Shown here: positions 49,651 to 62,381 of the stretch, one piece after another | Layout of the letters: each line of letters begins with the position of its first letter | How positions within the stretch are numbered: position 1 is the stretch's first letter | Source of the DNA: Monocercomonoides exilis PA203 | Taxonomy: Eukaryota > Protista > Preaxostyla | Length of the DNA: 64,000 bases | Reading direction: 5' to 3' | NCBI GenBank assembly: GCA_001643675.2 | Contig: LSRY02000026.1 | Location: 1,054,001-1,118,000 of the forward strand | The notes under the pieces: model-generated | Databases searched by the model: none | Told to the model about the DNA's origin: nothing | What the model saw: only the letters and a program-made list of their open reading frames with translations | Position numbers and translations under genes: made by a program

Positions 49651-51586
49651 ACTGAATGAAACATCTCATTTAACAAGTTAACTTCGCAACGAGACAAAAA
49701 CCCAAATTGCTATTATTTTGGCTGATATTTTGTTATTAATCAATAAAGCTTGATTTCTTCTAATCAACTCACTTTCTTTCAACAATTTCCTCTCTTTTCC
49801 CCTTAAATATAGATAATGTTAATATCTCTCAATTTCCTTTTCTTTTCCATTTTCCTCTTCCATTCAACTCACAAACTTCTCAGTAAATATCAATCCCCTC
49901 CTTTTCTTCATCTTTCCCATTATCTTTCATAAAATATCCTCCTCTCAAAAGAAGCCCCTATACCATTTGAAAGCTTCACAATTGTCCTCTTCTTTCAAGC
50001 TTTTGCCCTCTTTTCCTTTTTTCAAATTTCATATCTCCCATCAACAATAAGTTTTCTTTCATCATCTCCAACCACTTCTCTACATATTTACTATATTATC
50101 TTCTCCAAATCTCCATCTGCCTTTCCCCATCACTCTGTCACAGATTATCTTCCATTCAAAAACTCCTCTCGAAAGATTATCATTTCATAAAATACTCAAC
50201 ATCCACTCCCTGCCACTAATAATCCTCTTCCATCTCTTTTCTGCCCCATATCCCTCCTGTACCTGGTGTTGATGAGATAAATCTCAAATACTTCTTTGGG
50301 TGGTTGAGAATATTATTAAAGGAGATGATCATGCCAAAAACAGAAAAAACACCTCTGCAAATCCACCACGATGTGTACGGGCTGAGAAGACCCTCCAGTG
50401 AGATATTCAATGTATTTTGTGGAGATGCATTCTTTGTTGCATTTGACCATTCTGAGACTGAATTGAAGAGATTTATTTTTTGAATGATGATGGCTGTGGA
50501 GATAAATACGTAGGCAAAATACAATTGAAGAGCAGTTTGGTATTTAATAATTTCATTACACATGAATATTTGTTTATGTCTGTTTTTGTTTCGTTTTCAG
50601 AGCAGAAGGTGGAAATGAATGAAAATTTATGAAAGTGGAATATTTCATAATGCCGAATGAATTTCGAGTTGGGAGAGCAAACTCATATGGAAAGTGCACA
50701 GGATGAAGGGATTGGGGAAAAAATTGGAGATGTTATTGCATGAGGAAAAACAATCTGTTCAAAGTCGAGAAAAATGGATATAAAACAGAAAACACAATAT
50801 TACATACTTCAGAATAGCAAGAAATTGAATCGCGTGTAGGAGAATTGATTTCTGGAAAGGATGGACGATGAATAAGAGGATGAAACGCTAGAAAAATGAT
50901 TGTTTTCATTTGCACTTTATCGATTTCAACTTATCTTATTCCATTTCTTTTACAATTGCATTATTTAACTAATTTTTGTATATTAAATTTATTTATTTCG
51001 TTATCTCAATTATTGTGATCATGTTTTTTTAAACCAGAAAACTTAAGTTATGTTTTGTTTATCAAATTTTCAAATGCTTTTTTATGTTTTTTTCAAAATT
51101 TATAATAAAAACAATTAAAATCAAATAAAAAGCAACAAACAATTAATAATAATTATTTATCAAGCAATATATTTGGATGATCATCTCATTCATTTTTCTT
51201 TTTAAAGCAACCCTTAATTAAATTTGTTTTTGATCAAATGTCGGAATTTTTTATGATATCAAAAAAAATCACCCATATATTCACAAAAAACAGTGCAAAA
51301 ACAGATGTGATTAAACTTGTGTTACATGCTGACATTTGACGGGCCAAAAAATTCAACTGACTGACATTGAGCTCAAAAAGAGTTTTTTTAAATATTTCGC
51401 ATTTTCATTTATTATGATCAATTTTTTTCAAAAATTAATTAATTATTCATAATTATTATTAATAATAATATAAACATTTTGTGAATTATTAGTGTTGACC
51501 ATTTTATGGGTTTCTGACACGGAAGTCTATTTCGGATTTTTATGATCTACTGACTGTCAGTGAAGTCAGTGACAGTCAGTGTCAAA

Positions 51587-54500
51587 ATGGAAAATATATG
51601 TGATGAAATTAAAACCAAACTTGTTGATGAGTTGAAAATTTCTTTATCAAATTCATTATTGGTTGTTTTTTTTATCCAATTATTTTTTCGATTTTTTGTT
51701 GTATAATTTTTTTCAGGCAAGAGCCTTTGAAGACAAGGTCAAACAGTTAAAGGAAGCGAATGCACAGTTCATCAATATTTCAAAGCATTGTGAAACAAAA
51801 TTCGGAGCAGGTTTTGCTTTTCTTTTTATTTATTCATTTATGATTAACAAATGAATTGAAACAAAATAACTTTGAGTTTACGAGAATCCAGTGAAAAAAA
51901 ACAATTTCATTTCAAAAATAGCGTTCGAAAATTTCAACAATAATTTGTGGATTACATTTGTGAAAGTTGAAGAAGACGGAACACCGAAGAAAGATTTTCA
52001 CCGATATTATCTTTGTCCAGTTTGCAAAGATGGAATCAGCTGTGGAATATGCGGAAGAAAAAGCAGCCCTTCAATTTTAAATCACAAATGCGAATTACTA
52101 AAAACTAACTTTATTACAACTCTATTTAGACAAGCTGCGAGCAAAAATTATTCAATTACTCAACAAAACAATCACATATCTCCATCAATACCTATTCACG
52201 AGACGTTAGAAACACAATTTGTTTCGATGATCACAAAATGCAATATTTCGTTTTTATCCGCTTCATCAAAAGAATCAAATGAATTTTATTTATCACTTAT
52301 TCGAGCTGGGCAAGCCTATCCTACAGTAAATACAAAATCTATTTTCCCATATTTAACAAGGAGAAAGGTTTCATATTTAGTTTTGAAAGAAAAAGCAAAA
52401 GTGGAAAAGGAACGAAAAACAAAAATTACGAATTGTGGATTATGTGTAATGGTTGATGGTGCATCTGTAGCCCATAAACAGTGCACAGTTGTAACTGTTT
52501 GTCAATTATCTTTATTATCAACACCTTTTTTTTGGGGAATTTTTCCTCCATGTTACAAAGCAGATGATTATTTGGTTTTATTTCAAAAATTAACAAAAGA
52601 TTTTTCTTCTTTCAATTCTATTATAAGAAGTTTTTGCACAGATGGGTTGGCAGCACAAAGAAAAGCTATAAATCTTTTAATTCAACAAAGTTTTACTGGA
52701 TCTTCCTCTTCTCAAGCGACTCCAACAATAGAACCTGTTTTTATTTACTGCTGCAACCATTTGACGAACTTAGTAATTTCTTCATCATTCAACAAAATAA
52801 AGTTTCTTTCGAAAATAAAATGTTCTATCTTGGAATTTTCGGAAAGATCCCATACAAAAACATACAGATCAATTCTGAAGAAGGCCGTTCCTGCTTTTGT
52901 TGCAACAAGATGGCACAGCTTGTTCCAAATATGCTCGTTTGTAAGAAAAAAGTTTGACGTGATCGGAAAAGAAAAGCTGTTGGAATTGGATGAGCTGATT
53001 AATATTATGAAAACAGAAGTCATTCTTCATCCATTGTACAAGCTGCACTTGTTTTTTGAGAATGATCATACAAAACTGTGGCAAGTTTTTCCAGCTCTAA
53101 TTCAATCAGTTTCATTTCTAATCAGTTTATCAAAACATAGCTTGTTCAAAGATTTGGAATGGCACAATGCGATTACAAACATTCTTGTTTTATTACATAA
53201 TTATTTTTTCATGGGAACTTATGGTCAAATAATTCCTTTAGCGTTTTCATTAACTCCCATTGGAATGCAATTGTACAGACTCAAAATGTTCACTCAAAAC
53301 TTTATTAATGCTTCAAATTACCAAGAAAAAGAAAAGGAGAAAAATCATACGGAGAATTCAACAATAACAGTAAGTCTGGATGGTGCTTCTGAATCACATT
53401 CTGTATCTTCAGATGCTTCAGACTTTTCTTCTCAAAATTTTGCCTCATTGCAATTATCTCAAAAAGTTTCGACAAACACGCAAAAAGCATATATATCAAC
53501 AAACTCTGTATTGAATACCGAGGCTCAGTTGTCAGCTTTGTCGCATTTGCAAAATCAAGATAATCATGTTGATAATCATTGTTTAACAATTGACGGGTTT
53601 TTCCAAGCAAAGAATAATATCACATCAAGAGAACCGGAATTAATCAATAAAGAGTGTATTGCAAGTATTTTAGATTTAATACAGAAAATTGAAAATGATC
53701 AATTTGTTTTTTCTATTGAGAATAATATTATTTCAGGAGAAAAAGAAGCAGAAAGCGATTCAGAAGACGATGAACTTGGATTACTTCTGGCAGAAGAACT
53801 TGCCTCTGATGATATGTTCGAATTTGGATCTTCACGAAATTTTGAATCAGAAACAATTGCGAATGAAACTTCTGATAGAACGGCAGTGCTTTCCTCCTCT
53901 TCCTCCTCCTCTTCGTCGTCGTCTTCCTCTTCGTCTTCTTCTTCATCGGCCTCTGCCTCAGTCTCTGCTTTATCTTCATCCTCTTCCTCATCCTTGCTAT
54001 CGCCAGCTTCATCTTTATCTTCTTCAAATTGTCAACTTTCATGTTTCAACAGCTCTTTCTCGCAAGAGATTAACTCCGAAGTTTCCTCGATATTGACATT
54101 TAACGATACAAGTGAGCCACATTCGATTGATTTTGAACTAAGAAATTCATCTTGTGCTTTCGAAGACAATTCTGACGAAAATGATGATGAACAAGAAATG
54201 GATATCAGCGTCCATGATGAAAATGAAGTTGAACTTCTTTTCTCGACAAGAAAGATTGAATTGTGCAATGAATTATCTTTTGAAAAAGAAATGGAAATAT
54301 TGAAGAACATAGAAAATTACTTAACAGCCGATTGGTATTCACGATTATTTGAAGCTTTCTCGAAGTACACAAGAAAATCAATTCGACACCTGGAAGAAAA
54401 ATACATAAATGGATGTTTATTAATTTTTCAAAGGTTTTTGAAATCAAGCCCAGAAAGTGTGATTGAAAAAGACTCAGAAGTTTTTTACAGGGCCTTTTCC

Positions 54501-54668
54501 TCCTACGGAGATCTGCAAATGGTTTTCTCAGGACTCTGCTTGACTCTGATTTGTTCTCCTTGCAGCGAAGCAAGTTGCGAACGAATCATATCCAAAATGA
54601 GATTCATTCTCGGTGATAAACGTTTTCCAATAAGCATTCAGACGCTGGATGCTCTCCTTCGAATATAA
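51587..54668 (+). CDS. hAT-superfamily transposase, ~986 aa, predicted 3 exons (51587-51661, 51717-51810, 51877-54668)
   Basis: N-terminal Zn finger (CPVC..CGIC..NHKC), MVD, CTDG, CCNH (CxxH), TRW, SEASCER (catalytic Glu) and hAT dimerisation tail. Two GT-AG introns (55 and 66 nt) join an upstream ATG in frame with the 925-aa ORF. Confidence 0.9.
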
Positions 54669-55294
54669 TGCTTCTCTTTTTTAAATTTAATCAAAACAAA
54701 AAAAATCCAAATACTTTCATTCTATGAAATACTTTTAACTAAATTATTCATTTCATCAATTATTCCTGAAACAATACACAAACATTTGGAAATGAAGTTT
54801 GTATTTTTTTTCATTATAATCTTTAATTAATCAAATATAAATGAAAAAAAGTTGTTCTTTTTAAAAATTGCAAAGATAGTGCATTTGATGAAGAAGGTTG
54901 AATCAACGAATACAACAACTGAAATGAGTTCACAAATTCATCAACAATCTATTTGGTATTATTTTCCTTCAGTTATTATTTTTTTTGTTTCAAATTATTT
55001 CCATTTTGATAGAATCAATCCTTTGAAAAACTGAACATATTTTGGTTAACTTATAGGCTTTATCTTCACAGTCGATGCTAACATTTATTTTCTTATCTTT
55101 TCCATGTCAAGATCTTATTCCAAACCTTCGTTCTTTATTTACTCTTCTTTTATTTCATTCTATTTGAAAATTCCCCTCTCCTTTTCTTTATTCCGAATCT
55201 CTCCTTCTCCTGTTTCTCTCTCTCACTCTCTTGTATCACATTCGTTGTTTAGTTTTCCTCTTCCCTTTTCAACTTTCATCAATTAATTTTAAAT

Positions 55295-57400
55295 CTATGC
55301 GGAAGTGTTAGAAGGGGATTTTAGTTTAGAGGAAATGTAATTGAAAGCTAAAGTCAGATTTGTGAGAAGAATGGATGATGATAAAGAAGAAGAAGAAGAA
55401 GAAGAAGACAGAGCTGAATGTGTTGGGATGACGACTAGCAGAAGTGACGAAGAAAGAGAACTTGCTGACTGTGGAATGGAAAAAGAAGAAGGCATGAAAG
55501 GCACCATGAAAGGAGGAAGCAGAGAAATTGGCAGTGTTAATGAAAGTGACTGTGTGGGAGAGGGCAAGAAGAGGGGCAGTGCTGCACACTGCTCCAAATC
55601 AGAGCGAGGAGTGGAAGATGAGGCAGAGATAAAGGAAGCAGAAGCAGAAGGGGAAGGGGAAGGGAAAGAGATTGACTTATCAGAAGACGTGCTAAAAACA
55701 GTGGATTTAGTAGAGGATTTGGACTGAGAGATTGGAGAAACAAAAGAAGGATAAAGAGATAAGTGAGAAGAAAGCGGGTGAAGGAAAGGTGGAATGTCCA
55801 GCCTGGTTGGATATGGTATCATGGGTGGCTGGAGCAGCAGCTGCGGATGAGCCATCGCAGCTGCTATTGAAGCAGAAGCAGTAGAAGTAGAAGCATGCGA
55901 GGCAGAAGCAGCCATCACCACCTGTGCCGAGACAGAGTTTATCTGGTTCATCAGCCTGTGGAACATCTCACTCTTTTCTCTCCGTGTTTTCTTCTCATTC
56001 GTTTCCTTTGACGTGTTCTCAGCCATCGATCCAAATGGAAATGACAGACTTCCATGCGAAGAAAAAGGAGGAGGAAGATGAGTTTGTTGCTGTTGCTGTT
56101 GTTGTTGCGGAATGTTCTGCTTTTGATTTTGTTGTGAAAGATAAGGAAGTGATGGAGAAGGCATAACAATCTCGTGCATCGAAGGCAGCCTCGCCAGGCC
56201 GAACTGGTTGTGTGGAATAAGAGATGACCCAGAAAGAGTGTTGGCTTGGTAGAGTGGTGACTCAACTGTAGCTGTGAGTTGATGTCGTTTTTAATTTGCA
56301 TTCGAACTTGAAAATGAGCAAGCATTCATATTTGAATTCATATTGGGACTTGTTTGTTCACCTTGTGCTTGCAAGTTGCTGGCGCATCAGATGTTGCTGT
56401 TGATATAATCAAAAATTGCAGTAATAACTGCATTCGAAACAGTTGAGGAAGCCGAAGGAGATGTCTTGTTTATCTGCTGACTCACTGGATTGTGTCTGAC
56501 CACTTTCAATGTGTTGTAATTGCCACAATTCCCTCAATTTCCCAGCAGCGCCGGAGAAAACGGTGAAAGCGCGCAATCTTCAGGCTCCGTGGTCGTCATC
56601 AGCTCCGTTGTCTCGTCTGTCGTGTCGCTCTGCACAAAACGCCTGACTTTTCTCCCTCTTCTCCCTCTTGCCCCGCAATTCATCTTCTTCCTCTTCTGCT
56701 TCTGCGCTTTCCGGTTTCTCCCCACGCACTGATTCATCTTCGACTGCAGCATCTCAGCTGCGGTCTCTTCCAGAATCTACTGCCCCCCCTCTCTCTGCGC
56801 GTTCTTCATGAGCATATCCACATCGTCTGTGTTGATTGCTCTCACCGGAAATCTCTCGTCTCTGTTCTCAAAGAATTTCGTCAGATCCTCCTCGCTCTCA
56901 ATCACCGGCTGGAACACAGGCTCCTCTGCATGCACGCTCTTCCAGTTAATTCCACTGCAGTCTGCATGTTTCATCACTGCATCATCTTCTTTGCTGCCAG
57001 CCACATCAACGGGGAGAAAACCTTTTGAGTTGTTGTTCTCTTTGATCTCGTCTGCAATGTTGTTGGCTGTTATGTCAATAGTCCTCAACCGCTTTGCAGG
57101 TTTCTTCTTAAGCAGCAACCTGATAAGGCTGACAACTTCTTTGGAGATCTCTTCAGGAAATGCTGTGAAATCTGCATCAGACTGAAGTATGTTTTGGAAC
57201 ACCTCTTCGTATGTAGCCCCGTCGAATGGCGTGGTTTCTGTGTGAATTTCGGAGAAGATGATGCCCACAGCTCACCAGTCGAATGCGAATGTCATTGCTT
57301 CTCCTTTTGTGATGATTTCAGTGTCGATGTAATCGGGTGTTCCAACGATATGGATAAGGAAGGACTGATGGGAGGAGTTGGAGGGTGAATGAGAAGAAGA
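55295..57400 (-). pseudogene. Captured 3' part of an AGC kinase gene (MAST/Greatwall/IRE- or NDR-type) with Ser/Gln-rich tail; inactivated
   Basis: IVGTPDYIDTEII..AFDW*AVGIIFSE..PFDGATYEEVFQNIL..LIRLLLKKKPAKRL..GINWKSV..PVFQPVIESEEDLTKFF; TGA at the DWW motif; N-lobe not found. Confidence 0.82.
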
Positions 57401-59748
57401 AGAAGAAGAAACAGAAGTTAACGATGATGATCATTGAGCCTCTCAGTCGCAATGGTGACTTTGTGGGACGAATGTGAAGTGGGAGGTATTTTTGCAGTTC
57501 CTATGCTGATGGCGATTGTGGGAGTCTGTGTTGTGCAGAGGAGAAGTTGGTGGAATCAGCAGATGCTCAGACAAACATGTGTGTGTTTGGGATTCGGTGA
57601 TGAACGGCAGCAGATTCAAAGGAGATGGAAGAGAAGGAAAGGCAGGTGAAGCAAATGAAGAAGGAGAAGCAGAAGAAGATGAAGAAAAATAAAGGAAGGA
57701 AGATGAGAAATAAATAAAATATATAAAGATTATCGATCATTGCTTGCTTCAAGTCCATCTGAACTTTTCGGAGATGATAACATTGAAGGGACTCTTCAAC
57801 TGAGTGCTTTATAAATGAAATCTGCTCATTGCATATATGAAGTTCTCATCTCTTGAATTCTTTTCAAGGTCCATAAAGACAGTCATTTTTCCACTTTGTG
57901 TTTATTTTTATCCTTCATCGCGTTTTTCTCTTTTCATTTCACTCCTCACTTCTTTTCCTTCTCTTTCTCTTCATTTTCAAAAAAAATCAAATTGAATGGG
58001 AAACATTCATGCTAAAAGTTTCAGGTTGCGAGTTCGCAATGTCGCATCAACGAATGTCAAACTCAATTTATTCTGAAGACGTTAAGAGAGCAGAAATTCA
58101 TTCGGGCATCGCTTAGCTAACATTTGCATATAAGGAGTATTGTCTGAGTTATCAGTCAAGAACAATTCTTCACCATCACGTTTGCTGCTATTTTTTCATC
58201 TTCTTCGTAAGATTCTCTGAACGAATTGGTTGCGATAAATCTATTATAAGAATAGCAAAAAGAATAAAAAAATAAAGATAAACATATAATCTTGATAATT
58301 GAATTCCTCACCATTTCAATTCAAATCTTGAACATCACAGGTTTAATAAAATCATCATATGTTTTTCATATTTTTCATATTCTTTTTATATTGCGAATGC
58401 AATTCTTCTTTCATAATTATCCGACTAACTTGAAAATGTTCGATAATACAAACCTCTTTAAAAAAATCAATTTTGAAACTGATACGTTCTCGCTTTTTAA
58501 ATATCAGTCCCATTTTTTATATAAAGCAAATATCTGGTTCATTTTTCTGAATCAAGTCAAAATAACAATAGTTTCAATGATGTTAAAATGGAAAAAAAAG
58601 TTGTAAAGTTAAAAATTCACAACAAATTTAAGAACTGTTCGATTAATCTTTATTCATTGAAACATTAACTGGGTTTTATAGTTTTTCACACTTTCATTCT
58701 CTTTAACAATTATTATTTAAAATTTGTAATTTAAAAAAAAAATCAGATATTGTTATTTCAAATTCAATAAAGAACTTTTTGATTATTAAATTACAAGTAT
58801 TTCGGAATATAAAAATTTGAGCTAAATGCATTTGTTCAATAGCACACAAATTCCTAGCTGTCTCGAGGTTAATTCAAATTTGTAAAAAAAACAAACTTTC
58901 ATGAATGACTCTTCTAATTTGAAGATCAATAAAAAAATACGATAGAAGTATTCACACACTTTTCCAGTGTGTTGATTGCAACGAATTAGCTTTCTAAATA
59001 TGATACAAAAACAATGTCACATATATTTTTTATTGCTAAATGAAAAAACATAAGTTCAGCAATTTTCTGTTTGGATAATAAGAATTTCGATGGGCAGATC
59101 GTTTTCAATAGTATTCCTTCTTCATTTTTTTAAAAATTGTTTTTATGAAACTCAAAAATCAATCGTGGCAAATTCGAAAATAAATTTATGGTTTATTCAA
59201 GTTTTTCAAGTTAATCAAAAATTGTCACTCTAAAAAATTATAAATTTAGTATAAATGACAATATTTATTAATATTTTGTCAAGAAACAATATAAAATGAA
59301 ATTGAAAAGAAAATGAAAAATAAAACACTTAAATAAAAAGTGAAATTATCTACTGACATTTCTGTTTTGTCACTGACAACCATAAGCACAATTTTTCTTT
59401 AGTGTAACACATGCTTAGATGTGATAATAAGCAGTTCAGACTTTTGTTTTTAAAAAATCAATTGAACAATTCGTGGTGGTGACTGAAAAAAAGAGATCCT
59501 TTGCATCATGAAAAACATAATGATTGTTTTGATGGATTAAAAACTCACGTTGGTGATTATTTTCTGAAAGACAATAAATGCAATAATACTCTAAATAATG
59601 AATTTCAATTTTTTGTTAAATCATTAATGATAATCGATAAATATCAGAATGTCATAAAGCTTATCTAAATTAGAAATATTAACAAATTATTTATGTTGGA
59701 TGGTGTTGTTTGGAGTGTGAACTACAAATTAAATCGAAAACTCTAAAT

Positions 59749-60761
59749 CAGGGTGCATATTTTATCTTGACCTCAAAATTTTATCTCAACCCTATTTTTT
59801 TGAAACCTATTTTTGCTTTTTTGATTTGTGAAAAGGCTTAAAACAAAAACAAAATAAATAGACTTTCTGATATTTTTGTTTTTCAGAATTTTGTTAAAAA
59901 ATTTTTTGAGATTTTTATGTTCAAAAAAATATTCAAAATTTTTATTATTTTAGGACCCAGATCAAAGACTTGCTGGCTGTGAAGCAAATATTTCATAATG
60001 AACGTTTTTAGCAATAGCACCACAATTCTTCACTCCTATATTATTATTTTCACTTGTTTTTGACTTTTTCAATGAAATTTTTAACCTTTTTTTCTCATTT
60101 CACTGTTTTTGCTTAAAACACTATTTTCGGAACAAATATGAATTTGTGTAAATTTTTAAGAACATAAAAAATAAAAACAAGGTGTTATTTATTGTATATT
60201 TTTATTTAATTTTGAAATGAAAAAGAATTGAACAAGAATTTGAAGCGAAATGGCAGAACATATAAAAATTTTGATCTGAAAATTGTTCGTCATATACAAA
60301 TATTTTATTGTTTTTTCTTTGAGATATCATTTCATTTCAAATTTGTTTTTATTTCATTCCATTAAATTTTAAAACAAATGGATGCATGTCTCTGAAATCG
60401 TGTTTTTTAAAAAATGTCTGAAATGAGAAAAAGTGTTAAAAAAACAAGTTGAGAAAGTATTAAACAAGTTTAACTTATAAAAAAGAAACGATGTGTTATG
60501 ATATGATAGCTTAAAACTTCTTGTGAAAAATATTCTCTGGAAAAACAGCAAGTCAATGATCAAAACATAAAATTATTATTATCCTCGATCTTTTTGTGAA
60601 ACATGAAATATTGAAAAAAAAATACAGAATAAGGAAAATAAAACATTTCAAACATTTCTGGTTATTTTTTATTTATCGCAGGCTTGTGAAAAGCTAAAAG
60701 AATTGCAAAAAAGAAAAAGGTCAAGATAAAGAAAAAAGGTCAAGATAAAATTATAGCCCTA
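59749..60761. mobile_element. ~1-kb MITE with hAT-like termini, old
   Basis: CAGGGTGCATATTTTATCTTGACCT versus AGGTCAAGATAAAATTATAGCCCTA; TTTATCTTGACC-like motif doubled at both ends; internal GACTTGCTG/CAGCAAGTC; no TSD match. Confidence 0.65.
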
Positions 60762-61187
60762 TCTTTTTCATATCAATTGGACTTTTCGATGTTTGAAAAA
60801 GAAAATTTTCACAACTCTTTTGATAATTATTATTTTATCATTATTTTGATTTCTTACTGATGTTTTGAAAAAGAGAAAAATCAAAGAATTTACACATTAA
60901 TGAAATTGTTTTTTATTTGAGTAAGAAGTATTACAAAGCTAATATCTTCTCTTTTGATTTAAAAAATTTTTGAAAATTCTTGAAAAATCATAGAATGGAT
61001 GTGGTTCCTTTTCTTTTTTTTTTATTTAGAAAAAAAAATTTCCCCATAATTATAAGATGCTGAATGAAAAAATAAACAGTGTTTCATGGGAAAGTTGGAT
61101 GATTGTTTGGTGTTGATTTTATTGCAGCAAACTTTATCTTAATTTTTTTCTTGAACGTTTTTTTTTGCTTTTGCATGGTAATCGAAT

Positions 61188-62349
61188 TTGAAAGATGTTT
61201 TTTTGTCGAAGATCAACCAATGTTTGAATACAACAACATATTTTGCAAAAATCAACGGCCAACCAGAGCTGTGCATTGCCAAATCTGTGCCCATTGCCCA
61301 TGCGCTGTTTCATAAGACTGAAGACTATTTCCCCCGAATTTTGAATATTTGCTCGAAGTTTTTGCTGAAATACATTGACTGCTTTTTGGACCAAAGGAAG
61401 TTAATCACTGTGATGCCCAGATGCGAGAGCATCACCGTTGAAGCAGTCATCCATCTCATTGCACCGCTTCCGTATTTTCTGAAAGAATCTGTTTGACTGA
61501 TTATTGATTCTCATTTTCTTCGATTTATCCAGAGCTGTGTGCTTCATTTTATTTTATTTTATTTTTTTTATGGAAGGTCCTTTGGAATTACCTTGCTTCG
61601 ATGATTTTGGGCTTGAAGTGCCTTCACGAAAATGGACTTCTTCATGGAAATATGAAGGCGTGCAACATTTTGATTGAGCGTGAAAGAAATTGCTTGATGC
61701 TGAGCGAATATGGATATGCAGAAAACATCCGTTATGAAAAGTATCCGCCAGAACTTTGTGAAAAGCTTTTGTTTGCTGTTGTGACAGATTTATATAATTA
61801 GAGATTGATGTTTTTCAAATCAAATAAAACAAAACTTTTTTTTTTAATTTTTTTTATTTTTCAGGCTCTACCAAAGTCCAGAAGTGATAAACCGAAAAGA
61901 GTTTGCTATATTCTTCGTTTATGCGCAAACATGCATTTTTATTTTATTTTATTTATTTATTTTTTTATTTTGAAATCTCTCTATTTCGTCCATCTGAATG
62001 ATACCAAACCGAAATCTTGGCCTGCTTTGTGAAAGGATAACGACCGCGTCAGACTTGTTTTCTGTGGGTGCTGTGATGTATCAGCTGGCAGCGAAGCGTG
62101 CTCCTTATAGAGTGTCTGCGCTGAAGGAGGAAGAGGAGGAGCTGTCGGAAGGGTTTGATTTTGTGTTTTGCGAAAAGCCAACATTTTTCTGCTCAAACAC
62201 AAAAGCTGCTCTGCCTCCGAGTTTTCCGCCGTTCTATTCGCGCGCCCTCTTCGCAGTCATCGCAGATCTGCTGAGCATCGTGTGCTGTTCTGTTTTGCTT
62301 TTGGTGCTGTTCTTTTCATCCGAGTCAAATAAAACTGTTTTTTTTGTAT

Positions 62350-62381
<32 letters not shown>

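Larger units (their letters stand above)
45284..51274. mobile_element. GGGTGA-family TIR element copy 2 (6.0 kb, 4-bp TSD ATAT), opposite orientation to copy 1
   Basis: ATAT|GGGTGATTTTTTTTGATATCATAAAAAA ... TTTTTTATGATATCAAAAAAAATCACCC|ATAT; 28-bp TIR. Confidence 0.92.
51312..59417 (+). mobile_element. 8.1-kb hAT element with intact transposase and ~4.7 kb downstream cargo (hAT-2)
   Basis: TIRs TAAACTTGTGTTACA / TGTAACACATGCTTA. 8-bp TSD GATGTGAT at 51304-51311 and 59418-59425. Subterminal CTGAC/GTCAG repeats at 51330-51585 and 59350-59380. Confidence 0.92.

Noticed and set aside
39437-51217. One 11.8-kb Kolobok-like element bounded by TTAA-GGG...CCC-TTAA
   Set aside because: Homology extends ~60 bp further out to the GGGTGA termini, and inner termini with matching TSDs at 44986 and 45284 resolve it into two separate elements
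57270-57280. TGA read as Trp (alternative genetic code), suggested by DW*AVG and the TGA at 17366
   Set aside because: Intact long genes use TGG at conserved Trp (e.g. TRW, HWN) and contain no in-frame TGA; these cases lie in decayed or doubtful copies
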